From Gracilinanus agilis (Eukaryota), in contig NC_058132.1 of assembly GCF_016433145.1 (NCBI RefSeq), positions 603,445,400-603,509,399 on the forward strand: a stretch of 64,000 nucleotides of DNA. Direction: 5' to 3'. The notes under the pieces are model-generated. The model saw only the letters and a program-made list of their open reading frames with translations. It searched no databases and was not told where the DNA came from. This document shows, in pieces, positions 10,208 to 22,503 of this stretch (positions are counted from its first letter, which is position 1; each line of letters opens with the position of its first letter). A program made the position numbers and the translations under genes.

Positions 10208-11731
10208 CTGGTTTGACAAGAGGAAGAGAAGGGAAAGATAAACTATTAAAACATCCTTCAGTTAGAGCCACTTTATGCATCAGCTAGTCTTCCTGAATGG
10301 ATACTGGCTTAACCCACGATATGCTAGATTCCATATTTGAATCCTCATATAGTAGTTTGTCTAGATAGTGGAATCCAACTATCATACAAAACATTATTAC
10401 TTGTATTCAGGTCCGTGGCAAAACATCCCTGAAAACACAATGAGTATAGGTCATAAAAGCATGGCATAACTTAGATGGCCGGTAAGATAGAAGGCTAGTT
10501 TGTGAAGCCCAGCATTATACAGAGGTTCCCCTCTCTACTTCTGTGATCATTTAAGCTATCCGAGAGATGGTGTGGCATAATAGATAGAGTCATGGACCTC
10601 AAGTTCAAATTCTACCTTGAATCCTTATTAGCTGCGTAACCCTGGGCAAGTCACAACTTCTCTATAATTGCTCATCTGTAAAAATGAGGGTGTTAGACTT
10701 GATGGCTTCTAAGATATCCTTTAGCTCTAAATCTGCAATTCTCTGACTATTTCACATTTACATTTATATCACTTGAGCCCGTGTCCCACTCATAGCCAGC
10801 ACTAAACAAACGCTGGTTGAACTGAACTGGATTCTCCTTCATAGTCATTATGTTTTCAGGAATATGGCTTGATTCACCATGGACCTGAATCTATGTAATA
10901 ATGTTCTGTATGATCATTGGCTTCTCTATATAAGCTTATTACTCCAGGACTATTCAAATATAGAATCTACTTTATTATCAGTTAGACCTTTGGAAGTCCT
11001 CGAATAAGGGCTGGAAAACTATTTATTGGGAATGATATAGTTGGAATTATTTTCATGTACAAAGGGTACTTTTTTGGCTGCTGGTTCTCTTCTAATTCAG
11101 AAATCCTATAATTCTGCAAATTGAATTCCTCAAAAAATTTTAATTTTCTTTGCTCCAGGGTTCCTCACTGTACCAAACGTATTCATTTCTGAAGCCAGGG
11201 AGACCATAAACATGATTGAGAGGTATTTTCATATGTCAGAATATGTTGGCCCTGGAATTTGGTCTAATTTCTACTAATTGCTTCACAAGTTTTGATTACT
11301 TAACCCAATGGACTAGGAATTATATTTGACTGTATCAAATGTGACATTTTCTTGATAGACAAATCAAGATGAGGTAGTACTTAACATACTTGAGGAATCA
11401 TGCGGCAGGATCTGATGGAGTCGTTGAAGCCCATCCACTCTCGATAGTCTGGATACTCGCCCCTCCGCAGGTAGTACTGGCAGCCTGAGTAATTGGGGTG
11501 CTCATAGATCATCCAGCTCCCACTATCGACTCGCACAGAGTTGCAACGGCTGAAGTAAGACTGAAGGTTGGGGTGGTCACTGCTGCACTCATAGTAACGC
11601 CCCTGGAAGTTTCTGTCCTCGTAGAAGATGATCTGCACCAAGAAAATGCCATTCAACCAAAAGAATCAAACCAAGAATGGGTTCCAACAAAGCAAGTTAA
11701 AGACCTCTTACTCTTCACTTACCTTTCCCAT
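9932..11731 (-). CDS. CRYGD: gamma-crystallin gene 2, complete, 175 aa, gamma-D-like sequence; join(11723-11731,11390-11632,9932-10207)
   Basis: Exons of 9, 243 and 276 nt with GT-AG introns (90 and 1182 nt). Protein: [112 protein letters not shown]...[14 protein letters not shown]. The letter D is a best match ([23 protein letters not shown]), not certain. Confidence 0.95.
11390..11632 (-). CDS. CRYG gene 2 coding exon 2
   Basis: tgcag|ATCATCTTC...CCTCAA|gtatgt, 243 nt. Confidence 0.95.
11723..11731 (-). CDS. CRYG gene 2 coding exon 1 (MGK)
   Basis: ATGGGAAAG|gtaagt. Confidence 0.93.
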
Positions 11732-11788
11732 GTCTGGTGCTCTGTAGATACAGAAGTCAGTGTGATAGTTGCCTGTGATGGGTCCTCC

Positions 11789-11840
11789 TATATATATACC
11801 CCACAGGGCTTTTGCTAGGTCTGCAGTAGTAGCACAAAAG
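11789..11840 (-). promoter_or_regulatory. Gene 2 proximal promoter: TATA (11789-11798), MARE TGCAGACCTAGCA (11813-11825), SOX-type CTTTTGT (11834-11840)
   Basis: Order and spacing match the known lens gamma-crystallin promoter layout. Confidence 0.8.
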
Positions 11841-12789
11841 CCGTTGAATGTGGCCAGTAAGGGGATTTCTTCCCTTTTTTTCCCCTCACCCTATATCATC
11901 AATGTCATTCATTGTATGCATTGCTGCCATTCTCTCTGGTATATTCGAGGCTTATACCATTGCAGACATAAGTGCTTTGGAGGTCATTGGAGGTATATAG
12001 TATAGAAATGACTGATTTAGAAGAGGGAATGGGACAAAGAAAATATCATAGATCTTACTGTATTGATTAAGTAGAGAAATGGTGGGAATAGAAATAAAAT
12101 TTACTCTAAAAACCTTAGATACTTTTTTATTGGTTAATTTTTGAGGCTTTATCAATCAAGAGGAATTTCCTCATTTTGCCTATGAAATAGTCAGTGCCTG
12201 ATGAACTGCTTAATGGAAGAAAGGAAAGGAAAAGAATTATGCTATGTGCTTTACAAATATTATCTCATTTGAGTCTCACCTCAACCCTGGGAGATAAGTT
12301 ATTATCATTCTCATTCTGCAGTTGAGAAAACTGAGGCAGACAGAGGTTAAGTGACTTGCCCTGGTTCACATAGCTAGTAAATGTCAGAGGTAGGATTTGA
12401 ATGCATGCCTTTCTTACTCACCATCCAGCTCCCTGTCCCCTGTACCACCTAACTGCCTGTACTGAAGGAATCTATTCCCCAGGATACCCTCTGTAACAGA
12501 AGCAACATCTATCAGGAGCCTTCACATGTAGGCAAGACTAATTTTTGTTTTGTTTTTCTCTTAAAAGTCAAAGAAGTTATATCCATGATTTGATTAGTCC
12601 AAGGAACTAAGGCTTGAAGTGTTGGTGTGCCTTCCTAGTTAACTAACAATACAAGAAAGGCTCAACAAATTTGGTAGGTTTCTTTCTTTCTTTTTTTTTT
12701 TAAACCCTTACCTTCTATCTTAGAATTGATACTAAGTATTGGTTCCAAGGCAGAAGAAACTCGGTAGATATTGGTAGAGTTAGCTTTAA

Positions 12790-13925
12790 AAAAAAAATTT
12801 TTTAATGCCAAATTTTACAAAATCAAATGAAACAAGCATTTCCATGTGCAAAGAAAAAGAAGATGTATACACAAATGAAATCACAAATCTCCTATATGTT
12901 TACCTTACTTTTTTTCATATCTATACAATACATCCCATCCACTAGTGTCACAGTTCCTCTCCACCCTCTCCACATCACAAATGATATCCTCAAGGCAGCC
13001 AACATGCATATATAAATTAAGTCTTTCATATTTCACCTTTCTGTTCAGTTTCTGGAGATAACATTCACATTCTTCCAGGATTAATTCCATGGTTGTGTAT
13101 AATGTTCTTCTAGTTCTACTCATTTCACTGTTCATTTATCATGTAGTTCTTTCCAATTTAAAAAAAAAATCAGGCTGTCATTGTAGTATTCCATTCCAAA
13201 TATATGTCACAAGTCATTCAGCCATTCCTCAATTGATTAGTGTTGCCTCAGTTTCCAATTCTTTGCTACTACAAAGAGAGCTGCTATCAATATTTTGGAA
13301 CATAAGGGATCTTTTTTCCTCTTTCCCTGATCTGCTTGGGAAATAGACCCAGCAATGGGTATGCACAGTTTTATAACTCTTTAACTGTAATTCCAGATTG
13401 ATCTCCAGAATGGTTGGATAAGTTCACAGCTCCAGCAACAGTGTATTAGTGTCCCTGTTTTTCCATATCCCTTCCAACATTTCTCATTTTGCCCTTTTGT
13501 CATGTTAGCCAGTGTGATGGATGTGAAGTGATATCTCAAAGTTGTTTTGGTTTGCATTTCTCTAATCTATACTGATGTAGAGTATTTTTTTCATATACCT
13601 ACATATGCCTTTGATTTCTTCAACCAAAAATTTTCTATGCATATTTTTTACCTATTTATCAAGTGGGGTATGGCTCTTATTCTTATAAATTTGATAGTTT
13701 TCTATATATTTTAGATATGAGACCTCTATCTGAGAAGCTGTCTATAAATTTCTCCCCCAATTTTCTGCTTTACTTCTGGTCTTGGCAGCATTTATTTTAT
13801 TTGTACAAAAACCTTTTAATTTAAAGTATCCAGAATTGTACATTTTACATTTTCACAATGTTCTCCATCTCTTGTTGACTCATAAGTTCCTCTCTTATCC
13901 ATAAATCTGATAGTTGGTATGTTCC
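12790..13925 (-). mobile_element. L1 ORF2 3' end / 3'UTR fragment (approximate)
   Basis: Antisense L1 text (ctttgctactacaaagagagctgctatcaatattttgg...). Confidence 0.7.
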
Positions 13926-14604
13926 CTGATAGGAATTAAGGGGTATGTGAGTGGCAAATGAGGACTTTCATTAGAGATGTTCTCATACTTGGACCTTATG
14001 TAATTCTGAGTATCTACTTCTTTGGAATTAACAATTGTCAAATAGTATAATTTAATGAGTTAAAAAACTTATACTTTAATAACTTATAATTTAATAAGTT
14101 AAAAACAAAACATTATTTTGTAATATTGGAAATGGTGTGGCTACAAATAAGAAATCTGCTTTATTATAATGGGAGAGTACAATGAAAAGGTTGTTCCAGA
14201 TTTTCTAGGTAGGAGCAATAAGTCAAGCTAAAATACTGTTAAGAATGCCTGGGAAGGGAAAGCTAGGTGGCTTGATGAATAGAAATCCAGGAGAACCTGG
14301 ATTCAAATCTTGTTTCAGATATTTCCTACCTGTGTGACTCTGGGCAAGTTCCTTAGCCCCATTTGCTTAGTCCTTACCCATCCTCTGCTTTAGAACAAAT
14401 ATGAGACAGAAAATAAGGGTTATATTAAAAAAAATGAGTGTCTGGGTCCTTCATGTGATAGGAGAATCAATGAAAAAAAGAATACAATTGCAAAGTTTCC
14501 AGTAAAGTTTTGTTTAAAGGGACGGCCTCTTCTACTTTAAAATACTTAAGAACTGCTACCATAAACTGTTCCTTTAGCCTGCTCCAAAGTCCTAGTACTA
14601 CCCT

Positions 14605-14694
14605 CATTGTCAGCAAATCTTCCAAAGGATGGGCTGGTCTTGTGATTTTCAGCATCTTTGGTTAATCATTTACAATAGTCCTGCTGAAGCAGCA
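14605..14694. promoter_or_regulatory. Candidate lens enhancer (clustered MAF and SOX motifs)
   Basis: CATTGTCAGCAAAT (14605-14618), TTTTCAGCA (about 14646-14654), TACAATAG (14671-14678), TGCTGAAGCAGCA (14682-14694), all in non-repetitive sequence. Confidence 0.4.
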
Positions 14695-15499
14695 AGAACC
14701 CATGACAGTTTGGAGGGGTGTGAGTAGGGTTGAACTCTGGTAGCTCTTACTGTCTATATTCATGGCATACTCATTCCATACTGCCTTCTACTTGTCATAT
14801 GTATGGGTCTTTTCTCCCTAACTAGATGGAAGTTCCAGAGGGTCTTCCCTATATTATTCTATTCTGTATCTTCTATAACTCTACCAGAACATAGATATAG
14901 AGCTGAAAGTGTCCTTAGATATCATCTATTAGAAGTTCCTTTTGTTTCAGAGAAGGAAAATAAAACTCAGAGACATGAAATCACATAGGTAATAAATAGC
15001 AGAGTTGAGATTTGAACCCAAGTTGTCTGGCTCCAAATACAGCATTCTTTGTACATTGAACTGTAATAAAGGTTTCTCATTGTACCTTTAAGCATTAAAA
15101 CTGAAAAGATAAAATTGGAGCTTGATAAAATGAATATTTTCCCCCTTTTTTTAGTTTTAAATTATATTTTATCATGAGTTAAAGAGTTTATAGAAATGTC
15201 ATATTATTAATTCAAATTTATCTTATTTTAATTAATTAGTTTGTTACATTAAAATAGTTAGCTCCCTCCTTCCCTCTCTTCCTCCATTAGAGAAGGCATC
15301 ATTTAACAAAAAGATATACATATACATAAAACTATGTCTTACTTATCTCTGTTTATCAGTTCTTTCTCTGGAGGTGGCCATACACAAGTCATTTTTCAAA
15401 CAATATTTCTATTGCTGTATATAATATTCTCTTGGTTCTGCTTGTTTCACTCGTCATAATTTCATGTCATTCTTTCCATATTTTTCCAAAATTAACCAA

Positions 15500-16640
15500 G
15501 GCATAAAGGGAGATATCATAAGCAAATTATAAGAATAGGGAACATATTACCTCTCAGATTTATGGATAGGACAAGAATTTCTGAATAAACAAAAGGTAGA
15601 AAGCATTGTGAGATGTAAAATGGATAATTTTGAATACATTAAATTGCAAAGTTTTGGCTTAAAAAACAAATGTAAGCTCAGTGGATTGAGAGTCAGGCCT
15701 AGAGACTGGAGGTCCTAGGTTCAAAGCCGGCCTCAGACACTTCCCAGCTGTGTGACCCTGGGCAAGTCACTTGACCCCCATTGCCCACCCTTACCACTCT
15801 TCAACCTAGGAACCAATATACAGAAGTTAAGGGTTTAAAAAAAAATGTAGCCAAGATTAGAAGGAAAGTTTTAAGTTAAGAGAAAAAATTATAGCCAATT
15901 TCTCAGATAGAAGTCTCATATCTAAAATATGTAGAGATCTTTGCCAAATATGTAAGAATGTAAGGCATTCCCCAGTTGATAAATGGTCAAAAGATATGAA
16001 CAGATTTTTTTGTCTTATTAATTATTTAATGTTTTTTAGAATATTTTCCCATGTTTCCATGATTCATGTTCTCCCTTTCCTCTTCCCTCCCTCCTCCTAG
16101 AGCTGACAAGCAATTCTACTGCTTTATACATGTTGAACAGACAGTTTTTGGATGAAGTAATCAAAGTTACATAGAGTTATATGAAAAATGCTGTAAATCA
16201 TTATGGAATAGAGAAATACAAATCAAAACAGCTCTGAGATATTATCTCACATCTCTCAGATTGGCTAAATGATAACAAGGCAAAATGGAAAATATTGGAG
16301 TAGATGTAGAAAAATGAGGACACTAATGCAATATTGGTAGAACTATGAACTGATTCAACTATTTTGGAGAGCATTCTGGATTCATGTTCCAAGAGATATA
16401 AAAACTGTGCATACCTTTTGACCCAACAATACCACTATTAGGTTTATTTCCTAATGTGCTCCAAGTAGAAGGAAAAGAACCTACACTTTCTCAAATGTTT
16501 ATGGCTGCTCACTTTGTGGCAAAGAACTGGAAATTGAAGGGACGTGCATTAATTGGGCAATGGCTCAACAAATTATGGCACATGATTGTGATGGAATATT
16601 GCTACACAATGAGAAATGATGAACAAGTTAATTTAATTTA
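15500..16640 (+). mobile_element. L1 ORF2 3' fragment carrying a nested 5'-truncated SINE1-like element (about 15675-15846)
   Basis: L1-like coding remnants (ORF 16456-16641 resembles the L1 ORF2 C-terminus); SINE body with A tail. Confidence 0.7.
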
Positions 16641-16769
16641 ATTTTCAGTGAAAAAAAATCTGTTCTTTCTCCTTTCTACTTTCTCCTCATTGGAACAACA
16701 ACAACAACAAAAACACCTTGTAAAATAGAAGCAAAATAAATTCCTTATATGCCATGTCCAGAAGATTTA

Positions 16770-19700
16770 TATCTCTGAGAACTGAGCCAAAATGGCAGAG
16801 TAGCAGGAAAAAATAGAACCACTCTGCCCACTAGAACTCTTCTACAGAGTATAAAATGTATTAAAAAGACAGAGTACTAACCAAGAAAGCCAAGAAAAAT
16901 CACATTAAGTCATTCTTCTAGCATAGTTCAGGATAGAGAGACAGACAGAGAAGAGAGGGGCATTTATTGACCATGTCTAGCCAGGACCACAACACATAAT
17001 CCAAAGTAGGAACTAAAAGAGAACTGAGGATATGCACCAGGGCAAGAAGAAGTCCTGTATCCTAATGCATCATCCCAACATAGTGCAGGCTACAGAGATA
17101 GGTTTCAACTGGTAGCTCAATCACTCATTAAAACAATTCAAATTCACAGACTGAGGATAGACTGAGAAAGCCTTGGGTTGGCATTCTAGGATGAGAAATG
17201 GTCTTAGAATCTAGACTGGATATTGAACAAGGATAAAGTTCAGAAGTGCTTTGTAGCTCTAACTCCAGAAGTTGTTTGGGGTCTCGGTTCTATCCTCCAG
17301 TACAGTCTGAAACCCTCAGGAGGAATAACTCAGGGCAGAAATATTAGACCAAAAGGGAGCCTGCAGGTCCTTTTATTTATTTTTTAAACCCCTACCATCT
17401 TTCTTAGAATCAATACTAAGTATCAGTTCCAAGGCAGAAAAGTGGTAATACCTAGTCAATTAGGGTTAAGTGCCTTGCCCAGGGTTACATAACTACATAG
17501 TATCTGAGGCTAGATTTGAACAGAGGATCAATGGTCTCTAGGGCTGGGTCTCATCTACTGAGCCATCCAGCTACCCCTAGTCTACACTTCTGAACCTGAA
17601 GAACTTTGCAAAGAGAAGCAGCAATTCATTGGAAATATAAGAGACATGTCCAAAGATATGCTGCTTGAACCCAAACCTAGGTCAGGAACTTACAGAATTC
17701 TGTTGAAGAGGGCAATAATTGGAATTGTCCTTGGCTCAGACTACTTAAGGAGCACTGAAAATTTGCAAGTCTTCAACCAGAACTGTCCATGAGATCCTGA
17801 AGATATACAACACTTCACACCTTCCCCACCAAAAAAGGGTAGTAGAAAGACCAAAGAGGATATAAGTCTATCTCTGAAATTTCTAGAAATTACACAGGCC
17901 CTGAACTTAAGAAAAAGTCCAAAATCAGGAAGTAGATAGGAAGTATGAGCAAACAAAAAAAGAATCTCATCATAAAGAACTGGTGATGGGAACATTCAAG
18001 ACACACATCAAAAGAGAATGATTCTAGGGGGCAGCTGGGTAGCTCAGTGGAGTGAGAGTCAGACCTAGAGACAGAAGGTCCTAGGTTCAAACCCGGCCTC
18101 AGCCACTTCCCAGCTGTGTGACCCTGGGCAAGTCACTTGACCCCCATTGCCCACCCTAACCAATCTTCTACCTATGAGACAATACACCAAAGTACAAAGG
18201 GTTAAAAATTAAAAAAAAAAATTAAAAAAAAAAAAGAGAGAATGATTCTAAAACTTCTACTAGCCAAACTGCAGGGAAAAATGCAGCTTGGGCACATGTT
18301 CAAGTAGAATTTTTGGAAGAGAAGAGGCAAAAGTATAAGCAAATTAAAAATGACTTTAAAAGCCAAATGAAAACATGAGAAAAAAGGAAAAGAAATAAGA
18401 ACAATTGAAGATGATTGGGGAAAGAATTAAAATTTCAGACAAGAGATATGAAATTTAATTTAAGAAACAAGCTCCCTAAAGATATTAACAGACCAGACAG
18501 AAGCTACTGACTCCTCAAGACATCAAAAAATGTCAAGACTGAAAAAACTGTAGAAAATTTAGGTTATTTCATAGCAAAAACAACTATCTGGATCTCCATA
18601 TGACCTGGGAAAGAAATCATGGAGGAAAAAAATTACAATTATTGGACTTTCTGAAAACTCCAACCAAAAAAAATCCTAGACATCATATTTCAAGAAAACA
18701 ACCCTGATCTCTTAGAGTTTGAGGTACAAATGGAAATAACAAGAAACTTCTGGTTTTCTGAGAGAAACCCCCAAATGAAAACTCCCAGGAACATTATAGA
18801 GCTTAAAAGAATGGAAAGAGAGAGAAAAAGAATGTACTGTGGGAGGGTTGGTGAAGAGGATGGGGAAAAAATATCTCATATAATCAAGTTATGCAAATAG
18901 AAGACTACACAAGGGGGCAGCTGGGCAACTGGGTAGCTTAGTGTATTGAGAGCCTGGCCTAGAGACTGGAGGTCCTAGGTTCAAATTTGGCCTCAGACAC
19001 TTTCTAGCTGTGTGACCCTGGGCAAGTCACTTAACCCCCATTGTTTAGCCTTTACCAATCTGCCTTGGAACCAAAACAAAGTATTGATTCTAAGGAGGAA
19101 GATAAGGGTTTTTTTTTCTTTTCTTTTCTTTTGTTTTTTTTTTTTTTTTTAAGATAAGGGTTTTTTTAAAAAGAAGAAGAATACACAAATGAAGAGAAAT
19201 AAGGGAGTGGAGCTGGTGACATCTGAACCTCACTCTTTTCTGAACTAATCAAAGAAGAGTACATACATTCACAGAACTGGGTAATGAGTAAACAAGCAGA
19301 TTTTATTTAACAGGGAAACAGGAAGGAAAACTGAGAAGGGAGAAGGGGGAATTAGAAGAAGAGAAGATTAGAGAAGAGATTAATCCTAAAGAAAACAAAC
19401 TCTAACTAAAGAGGGTAGATCTTGAAGAGAGATTTAAGAGAGAAGAAAGGATAAAAACCACTGATTGGGTGTGGGGATGAGGGAAAGAGAATGGGAGGGA
19501 AGTAAAAGCAGATTGTATCAAACCTAAAGCACTAATACTGAATACTCTCCTCTCTCACCACCTTCTTCTTTATAAAGAGGAGATACGAATTGAATAGAAG
19601 GAAATGTATGAGAAGATGGAATGAAACCATATAATTAACAGTAATTACTGTGTATGTCAGTGGGATAAACTCAACCATAAAATGGAAGAGAATAGGAAAA

Positions 19701-19850
19701 TAGATTAGAAAGCAGAATCCAACAGGATGTTGTGACAAGAAGTGCACTTGAAAAATAAAGATTTACACAATTAAAAGAAAGCACTAGAGAAAAATCTATT
19801 ATGCTTAAGCTTGAATAAAAAAGAAGATACATTAAGTTACTCAACTAGCA
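16770..19850 (+). mobile_element. Decayed L1 5'UTR-ORF1-ORF2 start, with nested SINEs (about 17385-17578 minus, 18027-18236 plus, about 18913-19170 plus)
   Basis: Begins gagccaaaatggcagagtag; ORF1-like start atgagcaaacaaaaaaag at about 17945; endonuclease-start-like text at about 19630-19740. Confidence 0.65.
18027..18236 (+). mobile_element. Young SINE1-like element with 14-bp TSD
   Basis: TSD agagaatgattcta (18013-18026 / 18237-18250); shares diagnostic bases with the copy at 7561-7746. Confidence 0.9.
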
Positions 19851-20489
19851 CAGCGTGGAAGATAGTGGAAGACACTGACCTCATCAAAAGAAAGGAATTT
19901 CTATTTATATTAGGACCTAATGAACTAATTTTCATGCTCATGAAAAAAGAATCAACATGGGCTTAGCCACTGGACTGGAAGGCAATGGCAGTGGAATTGT
20001 GCTAAAATAGCAAATAATTACAAATTTGCAAGTGCATTTGATTTGTAATAGGCACAACAGTAAACAGAATATGAGAGCTATAAGGGGATTCATTGCTTTT
20101 CTAGTCCAAACTCTCTTTTTACAGTGAGGGAACTGGTATTCAGAAAGACTAAGTGGTTTTTCAGTACTTTCTGTGTGACCTTGAGCAAGGTGCTCATATA
20201 CAGGAATTGGTTTGAAGACTGGCTAATCTAAATTTGAATCCTGCCTCACATACTTATGAACTGTGTAGTCTGGCATTTTTCTCATCTATAAAACAAGGGG
20301 TTGGCTTGTAAGATCCATACCAGATCTAAATCTATGAACCTAGTTTTTTGTTCCATAAAATGAGAGGCTCAAGTTAGATGATTGCTAAGATCCCTTCCCA
20401 CTCTATGATTCTGTGACTAAAAACTTAGTTTCTTGAATCCTGGTCCACTGTTTTCACTCTTGGATACTCTAATGGACTTGTGACTTTAA

Positions 20490-20890
20490 CATGTACTCAT
20501 TACAGTAGTGTAGACAGAAACCCATCTAATATGATTCTTCTCCCTATCCTATAAATCTTCCACAGAGAGTCCATCCAATGTATTCTGTGCTTTTTTGAAA
20601 GATCTCTTGAATACAATTGAAATAAGTGAGGGTGTCCATTGGTTATCCAATATGCTTTTGGATTCTGCTGACTAATCCATTTTGCTATCTTCTTCCATTT
20701 TATGGTTGAGTTAATCCTATTGACATTCCCAGTAATTATGTTAATTGTGTGTTTCACTGCCTCTTCTTCTCTTTTAAATTTCCTTCTATTCCATTCCTGT
20801 CTCCTTTTTGTGAAGAAGAGGGTTGTGAAAGAGGAGTGTGTTCAGCATCAATGCTTTAGGTTTGATGCAATCTGCTTCTACTCCCCTACC
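20490..20890 (-). mobile_element. L1 inter-ORF/ORF2-start fragment, inverted relative to 19495-19740
   Basis: The ORF-track peptides 19532-19747(-) and 20702-20941(+) are visibly homologous. Confidence 0.7.
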
Positions 20891-21089
20891 CTTCTTTTTC
20901 TCTATTTCTCTCAGCTCTCACCCAGTCATACTTTCTTTTAAACCCTTCTTCAATATGAAGAGCCTACTTCTGTCCTGGCCATGTATCTCTCTGCTGACAA
21001 CCTTTATAACATTTTCCCTCTAAGATTCTTCATTAGTAATACACTGTACCCTGTTCAAGCCCACCAAGGCTCCATTGCCTTTGGGTGAC

Positions 21090-21600
21090 CTACAACTTTA
21101 TTAAGAGACTATGGTATTTGGTGACTCATAGGCATATAATATTACTGGAAAAATTATTAATACCAATAAGTTGGTGCTTTGATTCAGGGAGAAGCTTGGA
21201 ATCACTAAGAGTAGTGTACCTACTTGGCATATACTATAAGGAGGTTATTGATAGAAGAAAGTCTCTATAAATGCCAGAATATTTATAGTAGCACTTTTTG
21301 TGGTAGCAAAGAACTGGAAACAAAGTAGAGGTTGATCGACTGGGAAATAACGAACCAAATTGTGTTACATGAGTATAATGAGATAATATGCCATAAGAAA
21401 TGATGAATATGATGGATACAGAGAAATATGGAAATATCTACAGGAACTGATATAGACTGAAGTAAGCAGAGCCAGGAAAACAAAATACATGTCTACAATC
21501 ATTTAAATGGAAAGAACAATACCCACAAAATGATTGAAAGTGAATGTTGAAGAATTACAAAGAACAAGCATGCCCATAAAGAAAAAAGATGAGAATTCAT
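21090..21600 (+). mobile_element. L1 3' end fragment
   Basis: tttatagtagcactttttgtggtagcaaagaactggaaacaaagtag... is typical marsupial L1 ORF2-end text. Confidence 0.65.
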
Positions 21601-22461
21601 TTATTATGTGTCTACTGGGGCTAAGCATTGTGCTGAGCATTGGGGATACAATAAATAAAAAGCTACTCCTTGCCCTCAATGAGCTTACAATCTAAAGAGG
21701 AAGACTACATAAAAAGAAAGCAGGAAAACAGGAGGTGGGGATGGGGGGGGGGTGGAATCCAAAGGGCTACCTGTCTTGTTCCAAGGAGATGGAACCAGGA
21801 AAGACAGCAGATGCAAACTAGAGTGATCTAAGAGTCTAGTATATGATTTCTATAAAGAAAGATATCTGAAGGAATATAATACTCCACCCTCTAGTCCTCT
21901 AAATTGAGGGAAGAGGAGGCTGAGGGAGGTGGGTCAATCTAAGCATGAGTCAGCAACATGTGGTAAGTTTAGAAGTGATGAATTTTTCTTGACAGAAGCA
22001 TCTTGTTCCATGGTAGAAAAAACATCCCCCCCCCCAACTATTTCTTTGAAGAAGTGGGAGGTTCACAGGTCTGGACTATTGCTTACATTTTCAAAATTTT
22101 TTTTTGTTCTTTTTCTTAAAAAATGTTATATGGGATAGCTCACCAGAAGGGCATTGAAAAGGATACTGTGGGAAATTTAGGCAATGTTAAAAGAAAACAT
22201 GCCATTCAAATTATTTTTTGAAAAAAAGAGTAGTGTATGATTTATCAAAATGGAATCTAACCTACTTTTTCTGTCATCTTCAATTATGGTCCAATTCATT
22301 GTATACAACAATATCTGATCTAATATATGTTTGATAGACCATTATAGGTAGTCTATCAAACCTTATGTCATAGTGTAAACAATAGCTAATTCTTCATTCA
22401 CTTCCTGTGAGGATTATTAGGTGGAACCTTTGTTGAGTAAGGCACTATTCTTTTCTGAATA

Positions 22462-22463
<2 letters not shown>

Positions 22464-22500
<37 letters not shown>
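22464..22500. repeat. (TG)18 microsatellite
   Basis: Read directly from the sequence. Confidence 0.98.
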
Positions 22501-22503
<3 letters not shown>

